Source: an uncultured Peptostreptococcaceae bacterium (GTDB lineage Bacteria > Bacillota > Clostridia > Peptostreptococcales > Anaerovoracaceae). Taken from it: a stretch of DNA of 64,000 bases. The stretch is taken from positions 11,774 through 75,773 of the forward strand of contig CAJOKT010000003.1 in assembly GCA_905235115.1 (NCBI GenBank), given 5' to 3'. The notes under the pieces were generated by a model. The model worked only from the letters and a program-made list of their open reading frames with translations. It made no database searches and was not told where the DNA came from. Of the stretch, positions 1 to 9,615 are shown in pieces. Within the stretch, counting starts at the first letter, position 1. Every line of letters starts with the position of its first letter. The translations under genes were made by a program, and so were the position numbers.

Positions 1-1
1 G

Positions 2-280
2 GGAGAAAATACTCACGCCAAGGAAAGACTGCTGTTTTATCTTGATTGGTATATGGATCCATACTACAAGAAGGATCTGTCCGATATAGAGGGAGCATTA
101 AAAGAACTCCTGCAGAGAATCGTCATTACCGACAATGATATCGGTATCGTTGAGGAAGCTCTTCATTTACTGGAAGCTTACACTGATGGACCGTATGCCA
201 TATTGGAGAACAATATTGACAATGTAGCTGAAGAATTCAAGCCAGAAATTCTGTTCTTGCTGAATGAGGGTAATGAGTAA
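2..280 (+). CDS. Hypothetical protein, 5'-truncated by the window edge
   Basis: The frame of ORF 53..280 stays open back to nt 2 with no stop, so the gene probably starts upstream of the window. No recognisable motif. Confidence 0.4.
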   Translation, partial: GENTHAKERLLFYLDWYMDPYYKKDLSDIEGALKELLQRIVITDNDIGIVEEALHLLEAYTDGPYAILENNIDNVAEEFKPEILFLLNEGNE

Positions 281-351
281 CGCAAAAACAAATTCCCGTT
301 TGTCGAGATGAAAAGTAAATTGTATCGGACCTTTAGGTCATCCACCTTACC

Positions 352-382
352 AACCGGTAGGCATCACGCTTACCGGTTTTTT
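352..382 (+). terminator. Rho-independent terminator
   Basis: AACCGGTA (352..359) pairs with TACCGGTT (371..378), followed by a T-run to 382. Confidence 0.6.
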
Positions 383-413
383 CTATGCTCAGTTTTAAAA
401 GGAGAGGAAGAAA

Positions 414-749
414 ATGATTAATTATGAGAATGAAATTGCAGTCAAGTGCGGTGTGAATGCTGCTTTGATTGCAGATTATTTATGGAATATGAAGCAGGAT
501 CACCGCTTCAGTAATAATAAGAGCACATATCGTCACGGCAAGGTTTGGGTCAGATGTTCCCAGCCCATGATCACAAGTGATATAAGATTTCTTTCAATCG
601 ATATGGTCAAGGGTGCTGTGAAGACGTTAGTAGAAAAGAATATTTTACGCAAAGCCTGCTTTAATGAGGATAAGTTCGATCATACCAACTGGTATACCTT
701 TACTGAATATGGTGAAAGTCTGGTTCGGAAAGGAAGGTATATGCCGTGA
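414..749 (+). CDS. Hypothetical ICE protein (possible winged-helix DNA-binding protein)
   Basis: 111-aa ORF preceded by an AAAGGAGAGGAAG SD. No diagnostic motif recognised. Confidence 0.5.
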   Translation: MINYENEIAVKCGVNAALIADYLWNMKQDHRFSNNKSTYRHGKVWVRCSQPMITSDIRFLSIDMVKGAVKTLVEKNILRKACFNEDKFDHTNWYTFTEYGESLVRKGRYMP

Positions 750-845
750 AGATATTTTGCGATGAAGACTGTATTTACAGAAACAAATACGCACCGTTTT
801 GCGGATTCTGTTTACAGAAAATAATGGAAAGCGAGGGAAAAAGAC

Positions 846-1199
846 GTGGCGATGGACAAGCGAAAGACTGGCGTTTTGGAGAAGCTGGCCTTATATGGGA
901 AAGATACGGAAAAGAAGATCAATGAGCTCAAAGATAGAGACTACTATTATCTTCTTACGGACGGAGGCGTGAAGCCTCAGGAGATGATCATTCTTATCGA
1001 ACTTAAAGAAGCGATCGATAAAGGAAGAGGAGTTTCATATATTCTGGGCGGAACGGATGAAAAGGAGGACAAGAAGAATGGAACTATTAGACACCCTGTG
1101 GGAACCGAGAACCGAGAAAAAGCTGGAGATTCTGAAGGAACTCATACAGAACATGCCGGAGGGAACGGTAATATCCATCAGTTTAGAAGGGGTGAATGA
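846..1199 (+). CDS. Hypothetical ICE protein
   Basis: 117-aa ORF with a GTG start at 846 or ATG at 852. Its stop overlaps the radC-like start (ATGA). Confidence 0.45.
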   Translation: MAMDKRKTGVLEKLALYGKDTEKKINELKDRDYYYLLTDGGVKPQEMIILIELKEAIDKGRGVSYILGGTDEKEDKKNGTIRHPVGTENREKAGDSEGTHTEHAGGNGNIHQFRRGE

Positions 1200-1687
1200 T
1201 GCCGAAGAAGAAGGAGAATGAGCTTAAAGTCGTGAATGTCCGATTGGTGAGGGAGCCATCGCTGTACAGTGACGAGCCCATAAGAACGCCTCAGGACGTA
1301 CTTAAGCTCATAGCAAAGGAGCTTTCTCTGTATGACAGGGAGGTGTTTCTGATCCTGAATCTGAAGTATAACGGACAGGTGATCAACATGAATATATGCA
1401 GCGTGGGGACTCTGAACGCTTCACTGGTAAGCCCCAGGGAGGTGTTCAAGTCTTCCATACTGTCAAATGCTGGAGCATTCATAGCGATCCATAATCATCC
1501 TTCCGGGAACCTCAGCCCCAGCGAGGAAGACAAGCAGCTGACCAAAAGACTGATGGAGTGCGGCAGGCTGCTGGATATACGACTGATCGATCACATCATT
1601 GTTGCCGCTGAGACCGGAGAGATGTTCAGTTTCAAGGAGGAAGGGCTGATGGATAGACTGGGTGGAAAGGATGGATGGGAGAGATAA
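1196..1687 (+). CDS. radC: RadC-like JAB/MPN domain protein
   Basis: HNHPSG...SPSEEDKQLT motif typical of the RadC/JAB metal site. The ~160-aa size matches the short mobile-element RadC forms. Confidence 0.85.
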   Translation: MMPKKKENELKVVNVRLVREPSLYSDEPIRTPQDVLKLIAKELSLYDREVFLILNLKYNGQVINMNICSVGTLNASLVSPREVFKSSILSNAGAFIAIHNHPSGNLSPSEEDKQLTKRLMECGRLLDIRLIDHIIVAAETGEMFSFKEEGLMDRLGGKDGWER

Positions 1688-1976
1688 AAAAAGAAGCCAA
1701 TCTGTTCCGTCTGTTGCCACTGGGGACAACTCAGGACGGGGCTCGGCTTCTAAAGGAAGCGACGAACGCAGGCCGGGAGAATCCCGGGCAAGCAAGCCTA
1801 TCGCTTCCTCAAACTATTATACCAAAAGTCTCGCTAAAAACAATACAGAAAAGGAAATTACCGGTAGCATTATCGGTCAATGAGACAGAATCTCACGCCG
1901 AATCTACCGGCAACTACAGTAACAATATATCATCTTTGACCGCTAAAAGCAATATCAAAAGGCGCCTTAGATAGTA

Positions 1977-2038
1977 GAAGAGAGACGTTTGCAACCGAGT
2001 TAATCCCGGAGGTTAGCAAGCCGCCTCTCTTCTTTTTT
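1977..2038 (+). terminator. Long imperfect hairpin plus T6 (terminator of the radC-downstream transcript)
   Basis: GAAGAGAG (1977..1984) pairs with CTCTCTTC (2025..2032). An inner TTGCAACC/GGTTaGCAA helix is present, followed by TTTTTT. Confidence 0.6.
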
Positions 2039-2087
2039 AAATATATCACAATTTATAACTAAAGACAATGTTAGGAAGGAAAAATGT

Positions 2088-3005
2088 ATGGAAAACACAA
2101 ACAATACTAATAATCCTGACCGTAAGACGACCCGTGAGCAGGTCAATGAGATCATGGAGCAGCTTGAAAAAGGAGTCACGGAACTCTTCGAGAGCGTGAA
2201 ATATAAGGAGTATCTGACCTGCATGAGCAAGTTTCACAGCTACTCTTTCAACAATACTTTGCTCATTGCCATGCAGAAACCGAATGCGTCGCTGGTCGCA
2301 GGATACAATGCCTGGCGGGACAAGCACGGCAGGGCAGTTAAGAAAGGTGAGAAAGGAATCAAGATCCTGGCACCGTATACCTACAAGGTTGAAGTCGAGA
2401 GTGAGGTGGAAGGCGAGCCTCCGAAGGAGGTTGAGAGACGAGGTTTCAAGCCTACATATGTATTCGACGTGAGCCAGACCGAAGGGAAAGAGCTGCCGGC
2501 CATCGGAGTCAACGAGCTTTCAGGGGACGTTAACGGCTACGATAAGCTGTTCAGAGCGCTCAGACTTGTATGCCCTGCCCGGGTGGATTTCGAGGATATC
2601 GAGACCGGAGCCAAGGGCTATTACAACGTGAACGAGAAGCGTATTGCTCTCAAGACTGGCATGAGCCAGATCCAGACAATCAAGACTTTGGTCCATGAGG
2701 CTGCACATGCAATGCTCCATTCCAACGATGCGATTGATCAGGAGCATCCTGTCGATCAGCGCACAAAGGAAGTAGAAGCAGAAAGCGTTGCCTTCACAGT
2801 CTGCAAAAGATACGGCCTGGACACCGACAATTATTCCTTCGGATACATCGCAGGCTGGTCGACGGACAAGGATGTAAAGGAACTCAGATCGTCCCTTGAG
2901 AGGATCAGAGAGACCGCAGACAAGATGATTACCGGTATCGACAGGTACATAGAAAAGCAAACTTTGCTGGAGAAAGCATCGAAAGACGATGACAGGGAGA
3001 GGTAA
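2088..3005 (+). CDS. ardC: ArdC-like antirestriction protein (N-terminal ssDNA-binding domain plus zincin metalloprotease domain)
   Basis: The N-terminal segment YSFNNTLLIAMQ...AGYNAWRDKHGRAVKKGEKGIKI resembles the ArdC N-domain. The C-terminal domain has HEAAHAMLH (HExxH). Confidence 0.8.
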   Translation: MENTNNTNNPDRKTTREQVNEIMEQLEKGVTELFESVKYKEYLTCMSKFHSYSFNNTLLIAMQKPNASLVAGYNAWRDKHGRAVKKGEKGIKILAPYTYKVEVESEVEGEPPKEVERRGFKPTYVFDVSQTEGKELPAIGVNELSGDVNGYDKLFRALRLVCPARVDFEDIETGAKGYYNVNEKRIALKTGMSQIQTIKTLVHEAAHAMLHSNDAIDQEHPVDQRTKEVEAESVAFTVCKRYGLDTDNYSFGYIAGWSTDKDVKELRSSLERIRETADKMITGIDRYIEKQTLLEKASKDDDRER

Positions 3006-3009
3006 AGCC

Positions 3010-3951
3010 ATGACAAGGATAAGCCGAAAGGAACTGGAAAAGGCCAGAGAGATGGATCTCCTGACATACTTTATGAGTTATGAACCCGATGAACTCATTA
3101 AGATATCACAGAACAATTACACTACCAGGGAACACAGAAGCCTGAAAATGTCCAACGGGATGTGGATGTGGTGGTCCCATGGGATAGGAGGACGATCCGC
3201 TTTAGACTATCTTGTAAAGGTAAGGAACATACCTTTTCGGGAAGCAATCACCATAATTATCGACCCAAGGGAGCATGAAACTCCTGTTTTTTGTGCGAAA
3301 ATACCCCCAAAAACAGACAAGAAACTCCAGCTTCCTGAGAGAAATCTTACAGATAACAGGATAATTCCGTACCTCAGAAGCAGAGGAATAGACATGGATC
3401 TAATCAGATGCTGCATCAACAAGGGAATGCTTTATGAGGACACCGGCCACAATTTAGTATTTGTCGGTTTCGATGAGCAAGGTAAACCGCGTTATGCGAG
3501 CATCAGAGCTGCAGATGGAAGAAGTGACGATAAGCATGAAGCATCGGGATCGGACAAGAGGTATTCCTTCAGAATTATGCATCCTTCGGACACGCTTCAT
3601 GTCTTTGAAGGAGCTATCGATCTTTTGTCATATATGACTTTGAAGAAGCTTACAGACGGAAAATGGATAAGGGAAGCCATGATTTCACTGGGAGGCGTGG
3701 CGATTTCAAAGTGCAATAATTGCACTTTGAAAATCCCAATTTCCCTTCAAAGTGCCATCGATAGCATGGACAATCTGAAGACAATTGTCCTTCATCTGGA
3801 CAGAGACGAAGCGGGAAGGACCGCATCAAAAGCAATAGCGGAAGCACTTCAGGATAAGTTTGAAGTGCTTGATCAACCACCCAAATATGGAAAAGACATG
3901 AATGATTATCTGATTATGAAAGGAGCACTGTATGATAAAAGACTCGAGTGA
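3010..3951 (+). CDS. Toprim domain protein (DUF3991/Toprim type common in Clostridia ICEs)
   Basis: ATG at 3010 follows a GGGAGAGG SD. The C-terminal VFEGAIDLLS...LHLDRDEAG pattern is Toprim-like (E...DxD). Position after ardC is typical. Confidence 0.65.
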   Translation: MTRISRKELEKAREMDLLTYFMSYEPDELIKISQNNYTTREHRSLKMSNGMWMWWSHGIGGRSALDYLVKVRNIPFREAITIIIDPREHETPVFCAKIPPKTDKKLQLPERNLTDNRIIPYLRSRGIDMDLIRCCINKGMLYEDTGHNLVFVGFDEQGKPRYASIRAADGRSDDKHEASGSDKRYSFRIMHPSDTLHVFEGAIDLLSYMTLKKLTDGKWIREAMISLGGVAISKCNNCTLKIPISLQSAIDSMDNLKTIVLHLDRDEAGRTASKAIAEALQDKFEVLDQPPKYGKDMNDYLIMKGALYDKRLE

Positions 3952-4375
3952 AGAACAGATCAAAGTGATCTACTGTGAGGCCGGACACAAGGCCAGGATC
4001 GCAGAGGTTGACAACAATCTCGGAGCATTCCAGGGCCTGGTTGGAGGATGGATCGAAGAGTATATGCCTTTTGAAGATGAGGATGTAGCCATCGTCTGCA
4101 ATGAGGAAGGAAAGACCATGGGACTTCCCCTGAACCGTGCAGTAAAAGATGAAGACGGTCAGCTGCTAGATATAATCGCAGGTGACTTTTTTATCTGCTA
4201 CGCACCTATAGAAAGCGAGAAGTGGCTTGAACTTCCACCTGAACTTCAGGAAAAATATCTGGAAAAGTTCAAATATCCGGAGCAGTTTTTCAGAGAAAAC
4301 GGCGAGATAAAGGCTGTCAAGTATGATCCGGGAGACCTTCCGATCAACAGAAAAAGTGTGGAATATGAACGCTGA
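3932..4375 (+). CDS. DUF3846-like protein
   Basis: 147-aa ORF overlapping the Toprim gene end. The layout and sequence (IVCNEEGK...LPLNR) recall DUF3846 proteins that follow Toprim genes in such elements. Assignment is from memory. Confidence 0.5.
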   Translation: MIKDSSEEQIKVIYCEAGHKARIAEVDNNLGAFQGLVGGWIEEYMPFEDEDVAIVCNEEGKTMGLPLNRAVKDEDGQLLDIIAGDFFICYAPIESEKWLELPPELQEKYLEKFKYPEQFFRENGEIKAVKYDPGDLPINRKSVEYER

Positions 4376-4487
4376 CACCCGGGGCGGAATCCGCTGACAA
4401 ATGTAGCAAGCATATCCTTCGTACTCCCACGGTTCGACTCAGGAATACTTAAGGGCTCTGCCCCTAAAACCCCGTGAAATAAGACGA

Positions 4488-5726
4488 TTAGTTTGTGTCA
4501 GAATCAGCCAGACAACAACTCAGTATCATAGCAGCCATCTGATCATCTGTTAGCAAATCGAAATTCAATTGAAGAATCTCTTCAAGCCTGCGGATCCTGT
4601 ATATTAGGGTATTACGATGAACTTTAAGAGATAAAGATGTGCGAGATAAGCTCCTTCCGTTCAAAAGATATGCTTTGAGGCAGGTAATGAGGATCCTGTC
4701 TGATTTTTTAGAACTGTTTGCTAATGATGCCAGCGAGGGAATGAGCAGAACGTCACAGGCGTTATCTTTTAAAATAACCTCCTTCATATGTTTGAATTGC
4801 ACATCTCGGTATTCTTTTATTCGAATATCTTTATTCTTTCCGGAAATACTGGCAGCATAAGAAGCCTGTTTCCAGTATATACTACAGTTATCGAAGCCAA
4901 CAAAGGGATAGCTCACTCCTCCATACAGGTCATATTGTTCCATAAAGGATGTTAATGAAGAGCATCTATTCTGTCGGGTAAGATCCGTGCAAACGATCAC
5001 CTGGTCTATGAAAGGTGCAACCATTGTATTGGGAAACTGCATTTTCACAAGACTCAAGCAGGACGCCATTTCTGTATCGCTTCTAACAATGTCGGAGAAA
5101 TCGAATGCTGTAACCTCAAACTCATCATTATCATCCCATCCCAGTGATAAAAGTTCATCTGTTATTGCGGAAGGAACTGAGTTTCCGTTTATTATGGAAG
5201 AGAGGGCAATGCTCGCAAGCTCATCACTTGCAGAAGAGATCATTTCGTTTCTCAGATACACTTCAAGCATATCCCTGACCACACAAAGTAGCTCAAGCTG
5301 TTCCTGATCAAGAGGAGCATGGCTGTCCATGGTACCGATGCTTCCTATGCGCTTGCCCTCGTTAAAGAGAGCAATAGAACAATACGTGTGATTTGGGTCG
5401 CGCTCAGCAGTATAGAGTACAGGTTTACTGCCGGCAACGGTGAAATTTGCTGATAGTTTTTTCCACTCTTCAGTAGAATAAAAGTCAAAGATGTTCAAGG
5501 AATTCCCTTTAAGCATGTCCCAGATGGTTCCGGCAGGAATATCATCATATCCTGCTGACCTCCCAATTATGAAACTGTTGTTGTCCAGAACGCTGAAAGG
5601 ATTCAATATTTTTCGTGCAATTATATCTAATATATCCTGCAGACTTTTCTTTTCCAGCATTGCCATAAGCACATCAGACTTCCAAGATGCCAGGTCGAAC
5701 GCCTTTGTTTTAGGGATTACTTCCAT
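4488..5726 (-). CDS. PucR-family transcriptional regulator
   Basis: 412 aa. The C-terminal HTH (SLSRTSLSLKVHRNTLIYRIRRLEEIL) is typical of the PucR C-terminal domain. It is divergent from the aminomethyltransferase gene. Confidence 0.75.
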   Translation of the reverse strand: MEVIPKTKAFDLASWKSDVLMAMLEKKSLQDILDIIARKILNPFSVLDNNSFIIGRSAGYDDIPAGTIWDMLKGNSLNIFDFYSTEEWKKLSANFTVAGSKPVLYTAERDPNHTYCSIALFNEGKRIGSIGTMDSHAPLDQEQLELLCVVRDMLEVYLRNEMISSASDELASIALSSIINGNSVPSAITDELLSLGWDDNDEFEVTAFDFSDIVRSDTEMASCLSLVKMQFPNTMVAPFIDQVIVCTDLTRQNRCSSLTSFMEQYDLYGGVSYPFVGFDNCSIYWKQASYAASISGKNKDIRIKEYRDVQFKHMKEVILKDNACDVLLIPSLASLANSSKKSDRILITCLKAYLLNGRSLSRTSLSLKVHRNTLIYRIRRLEEILQLNFDLLTDDQMAAMILSCCLADSDTN

Positions 5727-5868
5727 TTCATTCCTCCAGAATATGTTTTCGGTTAAAAATAACGAAAATAGGTTTGTTTATTTCATAATAATACCATATT
5801 ATTATTGCGTCAATAATAATACAATAAAAGCAGTAAAAGACCTTCAGATGAAAGAAAGGAGAACTGAA

Positions 5869-7221
5869 ATGGCAGAAAAAATGAATCCCGCACTTATGGG
5901 TGCTACTACTTTAATTCCCCAGGGGCCTGGTTATGTGGCAGCATTTTCTTACAGCGGAGTAGCAGATGAAATCAAAGCTTACCAGACGAGCGCCTGGATT
6001 GGAACTTCCCTAATGACATCACCTGTATATGATGTATACGGACCTGATGCAGTAAAACTGTTCAGCCAGGTATGCACCAATGATTTTACAACGCTTGGAA
6101 TGAATGGAATACGTCATGCAGTTCTTTGTAATGATAAAGGGCAGATACTTACAGACGGCGTTGTTATACGCATAGGTGAAGACAGATACAGAACATACTG
6201 GCTTGATCCTGTCATTTCATATTATGTGGAACATTCAGATCTTGATGTTCACGGAGAGAACATGTCCGGAACAGAATACTTTATCCAGATAGATGGTGAG
6301 AAATCTTTGGAGATCCTGGAGGAAGCCTTCCAGGCAGATCTTCATGACATCAGATTCGGACGTCATAGAATTCAGGAAGTGAATGGTAAAGAAGTCAGAG
6401 TTATCCGTCTTGGAATGTCCGGCAATCTTGCTTATGAGATCCATGGTGATATAGCAGATTTTGAAGAAATATATGATCTTGTATGGTCAGCCGGAGAGAA
6501 ATTCGGTGCTAGAAAGCTCGGCCTTCAGGCATATAACCTGTTCAACCATACTGAAGCCGGATTCCCCAATATCAATCTTCACTATCCACTTCCTTGGTTT
6601 GAGACATCCGAAGAGATGACACAGTATATGTATCAGCATCCGGAAATGTCATTCTATAACCTTAATCGTAAGCTTTGCGGAAGTGTTGGAGACGAGCTTG
6701 ATACACGTTTCGTGACACCTTATGATGTCGGTTGGGAGTTCCTCATCAAACCGAATCATGATTTTATTGGTAAAGAAGCTCTCGAAGAACTGGCAGATAA
6801 GCCTCACAAAACGGTAGCAACTCTGGAATGGAATCCCGAAGATGTAGCAAAGGTATTTGCCACAATGATCACACCCGGTGAAGAACCTTGTGAGGATATA
6901 ACACAGCCATGCAGCGTTGACTATTCTGTGACATGCAGAGAATTCAGATTCAGCTACAATGCAGATAAAGTATTCGATAAAGATAAAGAGATAGGCATCA
7001 GCTCAGGCCGTATCATCTCCTACACCTACAATAGCATGATCTCACTTGGGTTCATTGACAGCGAATATGCTGAAGAAGGACGCGAACTTGAAGTGCTTTG
7101 GGGAACACCGGGAACAAGACAGATGAGGGTCAGGGCCAAAGTAGCAAGATTCCCTTATAACCAGGACTATGTACGTAATGAGAAGAGGGATGTATCAGAT
7201 ATTGCGTCATTCGAGAAGTAA
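5869..7221 (+). CDS. Aminomethyltransferase-family (GcvT/LigM/DesA-like, tetrahydrofolate-dependent) enzyme
   Basis: ATG 5869 has an AAGGAG SD. The 450-aa product has a GcvT-like fold signature (AWIGTS...VYGPDA..., GMSGNLAYEIHG, C-terminal barrel). The upstream part of ORF 5491.. overlaps pucR and is rejected. Confidence 0.7.
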   Translation: MAEKMNPALMGATTLIPQGPGYVAAFSYSGVADEIKAYQTSAWIGTSLMTSPVYDVYGPDAVKLFSQVCTNDFTTLGMNGIRHAVLCNDKGQILTDGVVIRIGEDRYRTYWLDPVISYYVEHSDLDVHGENMSGTEYFIQIDGEKSLEILEEAFQADLHDIRFGRHRIQEVNGKEVRVIRLGMSGNLAYEIHGDIADFEEIYDLVWSAGEKFGARKLGLQAYNLFNHTEAGFPNINLHYPLPWFETSEEMTQYMYQHPEMSFYNLNRKLCGSVGDELDTRFVTPYDVGWEFLIKPNHDFIGKEALEELADKPHKTVATLEWNPEDVAKVFATMITPGEEPCEDITQPCSVDYSVTCREFRFSYNADKVFDKDKEIGISSGRIISYTYNSMISLGFIDSEYAEEGRELEVLWGTPGTRQMRVRAKVARFPYNQDYVRNEKRDVSDIASFEK

Positions 7222-7281
7222 TGACCAGAACAGATAAAGAATCAAATATGATGGCGGCATACTTTTGTAAAAGAGAGTATG

Positions 7282-7318
7282 TCGCTTATTAATTTCACCT
7301 CGCATAAGCGAGATTTTT
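7282..7318 (+). terminator. Hairpin plus T-run after the GcvT-like gene; alternative reading is an oriT inverted repeat
   Basis: TCGCTTAT (7282..7289) pairs with ATAAGCGA (7304..7311), with a 14-nt loop, followed by GATTTTTCTTTT. It lies immediately upstream of mobC and the relaxase. Confidence 0.5.
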
Positions 7319-7345
7319 CTTTTACTTGGAAAGGAGGATGATAAC

Positions 7346-7681
7346 ATGGGACGAAAAGGGATCAAGAAGCAGTTCTGGATGACCAAAGAACTGACCGAAG
7401 AACTATCCTGGAAAGCATCAAAGGCATGCCTTACAGAATCCGCACTTATCAGGATGCTCATAAGAGGATATCATCCTCCGGCTGCTCCGGGTGAAGAGTT
7501 CTATAAAGCCCTGAACGAACTCATACAGAAAGCTGACCGTATGCAGCTGACATCTGAAATCGTCAACAACTTGGATATCAAAACAGTTCTGACTGAGACA
7601 GCTGCAGATCTAAAGAAGCTGTCATTTGAGATAAGACAGAGATATCTCAAAGGAGAGAGGGAGAAGATAGAATGGCGGTAA
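7346..7681 (+). CDS. mobC: MobC-like relaxosome accessory protein
   Basis: Small protein directly upstream of, and overlapping, the relaxase gene. The SALIRMLIRG segment is typical of MobC-family proteins. Confidence 0.7.
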   Translation: MGRKGIKKQFWMTKELTEELSWKASKACLTESALIRMLIRGYHPPAAPGEEFYKALNELIQKADRMQLTSEIVNNLDIKTVLTETAADLKKLSFEIRQRYLKGEREKIEWR

Positions 7682-9006
7682 CAAAGATATGGAAGGTGAG
7701 AGGCAATGCCGGAACTGTCATAGATTATGCTGACAACCCTGAGAAGGTAGCAGGATATATTTCTAATGAAGACCTAGAAGATGTACTTGGCTATGCAGAC
7801 GATGATGTCAAAACAGAGAGTCATGCATATACCACTGCAATCAACTGCACCAGGGAATATGCCAAGGAAGAATTTGAACTGGTCAAGGAACTGTTCGCCA
7901 AGGAGGGAGGCACTGTAGCACTCCATGCGTATCAAAGCTTCGAAGAAAACATATCTCCCAGAGAAGCTCATGAGATAGGTGTGCAGATGGCAAAGGAACT
8001 TTGGGGAGACAAGTTCCAGGTAATAGTTGCAACTCATCTTAACACAGATCATGTTCATAACCATTTCGTTATAAACAGCGTGTCATTTGTTGATGGCAAG
8101 AGGTTCCATACAACAAACTACAGCTGGCTGGATATGGTTAGGGTATCAGACAGGCTTTGCAAAGAACACGGGCTTTCGGTGATTGAAAAAACTCAGGGTA
8201 AGCGGATCCCATACAATCTGTATATGAGAGAAAAGAATGGTGATCCTGTAAGATACAATATTGCAAGGGATGCCATTGACTATGCTGTGAAGAGAAGTCT
8301 CAATATGGAGGAGTTTAAAGCTGAACTCAGGGCTCTGGGATACAGTTTTCAGTTCGACCAAAACAGGAAGTATTGGACCGTTACTGTTCCAGGGTGGGAA
8401 AGACCGATAAGAACTTACAGGCTTGGATTCGAATACACCAGGGACAGGATCGTTGAAAGGATATATTCCAATGACGAAAGTGTAAGGACGAACAAGTACA
8501 GAGAAGCATACTATCATCGCCCAAACAACTATCATATGAGAAGACGGATCCATAGGATAAACACAAGGACGGGGTTGGAGAAACTGTATCTAAGAGTCTG
8601 CTATGAAATGGGATACCTTCCCAAGTACCGGCAGGATCCTCTTAAGGTCCACTATATCTTCCGTGATGAACTTCTTCGTTGTGATACCTATGGAAAGGAA
8701 GCCAGTTTGCTTTCACAGAATCATATTTCCACAATAGATGAGCTGACAAAACTTAAGAACGATAAGGCGAATGAAATCGATGACCTGATGGCCAGGAGAA
8801 CAGAACTCAGAAAGATGGCTAAACGAAACATACCGGAGGAACAGAAGGAAGTTTTGAAGGATAAGATTACAGATCTTACAGATCAAATCAAAAGGATAAG
8901 GTCAGACCTGAAGCTCATAGATGACATAGCCGAGAGATCCGGGATTCTGGAAGAAAAAATAAGAGAAGTTGACAGAGAAAGAAATGGAAAGGAGTTGATC
9001 AGATGA
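7672..9006 (+). CDS. Relaxase/mobilisation nuclease (MobA/VirD2 family)
   Basis: Histidine triad HLNTDHVHNHFVINSV. N-terminal relaxase domain with a coiled-coil C-terminus. Confidence 0.85.
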   Translation: MAVTKIWKVRGNAGTVIDYADNPEKVAGYISNEDLEDVLGYADDDVKTESHAYTTAINCTREYAKEEFELVKELFAKEGGTVALHAYQSFEENISPREAHEIGVQMAKELWGDKFQVIVATHLNTDHVHNHFVINSVSFVDGKRFHTTNYSWLDMVRVSDRLCKEHGLSVIEKTQGKRIPYNLYMREKNGDPVRYNIARDAIDYAVKRSLNMEEFKAELRALGYSFQFDQNRKYWTVTVPGWERPIRTYRLGFEYTRDRIVERIYSNDESVRTNKYREAYYHRPNNYHMRRRIHRINTRTGLEKLYLRVCYEMGYLPKYRQDPLKVHYIFRDELLRCDTYGKEASLLSQNHISTIDELTKLKNDKANEIDDLMARRTELRKMAKRNIPEEQKEVLKDKITDLTDQIKRIRSDLKLIDDIAERSGILEEKIREVDRERNGKELIR

Positions 9007-9614
9007 ACGTATCATCCGATGCAGCGGAACAGATAGTGAGAATGTCACTGGAAGGAATGGAAGTAGCGATTAAGATATCCGGTCAGGGGGCCAAGCTTGC
9101 AGCAGTCAGAATCGCAGCGGCACTCAATGAAGAGCAGAAGACCAGAGGCAGATCTCGTCTGACAGCCATGCTTAAGACAGGCAAGCCTTTAAAAGTATAT
9201 GAGATCCAGCAGAAGGACCTCAAGACTTTTGCCCAGGAGGCAAAACGATATGGAGTACTGTATACAGTTCTTAGGAGCAAGGATAAAAACGATACTACGA
9301 TAGATATCATCTCCAGAGTAGAGGATGCATCAAAGATCCAGAGGATAACAGAGAGGTTCAGACTTACAACTGTGGATGCAGCTGATGTGAACAATGGATT
9401 CAAAGAAAGAAAGTTCCCCAGAAGAGGAAACCCCACTATGGCTCAGACAGAAAGAGGAGATCTGTCCGGGCCAAACTCCATCAGGACAGACTCCTCACGG
9501 CAGACGATATCAAATTCTGAGAAGCCATCAGTAAGGAATAAGCTGGAAGGCTACAGGAAGGAGATAGAACTCAAGAAGGCAGTGCCGGTGATCGAGAAAG
9601 AGAAGGCCAGATGA
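9003..9614 (+). CDS. PcfB/DUF3801-like protein
   Basis: GKPLKVYEIQQKDLKTFAQEAKRYGVLYTVL matches my memory of the PcfB family. It sits between the relaxase and the coupling protein. Confidence 0.65.
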   Translation: MNVSSDAAEQIVRMSLEGMEVAIKISGQGAKLAAVRIAAALNEEQKTRGRSRLTAMLKTGKPLKVYEIQQKDLKTFAQEAKRYGVLYTVLRSKDKNDTTIDIISRVEDASKIQRITERFRLTTVDAADVNNGFKERKFPRRGNPTMAQTERGDLSGPNSIRTDSSRQTISNSEKPSVRNKLEGYRKEIELKKAVPVIEKEKAR

Positions 9615-9615
9615 T

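Noticed and set aside
5491-5868. N-terminal 126-codon extension of the GcvT-like ORF (track start 5491)
   Set aside because: The extension overlaps the pucR coding region and the AT-rich divergent promoter region. A good AAGGAG SD precedes ATG 5869, and homology-like sequence starts there.
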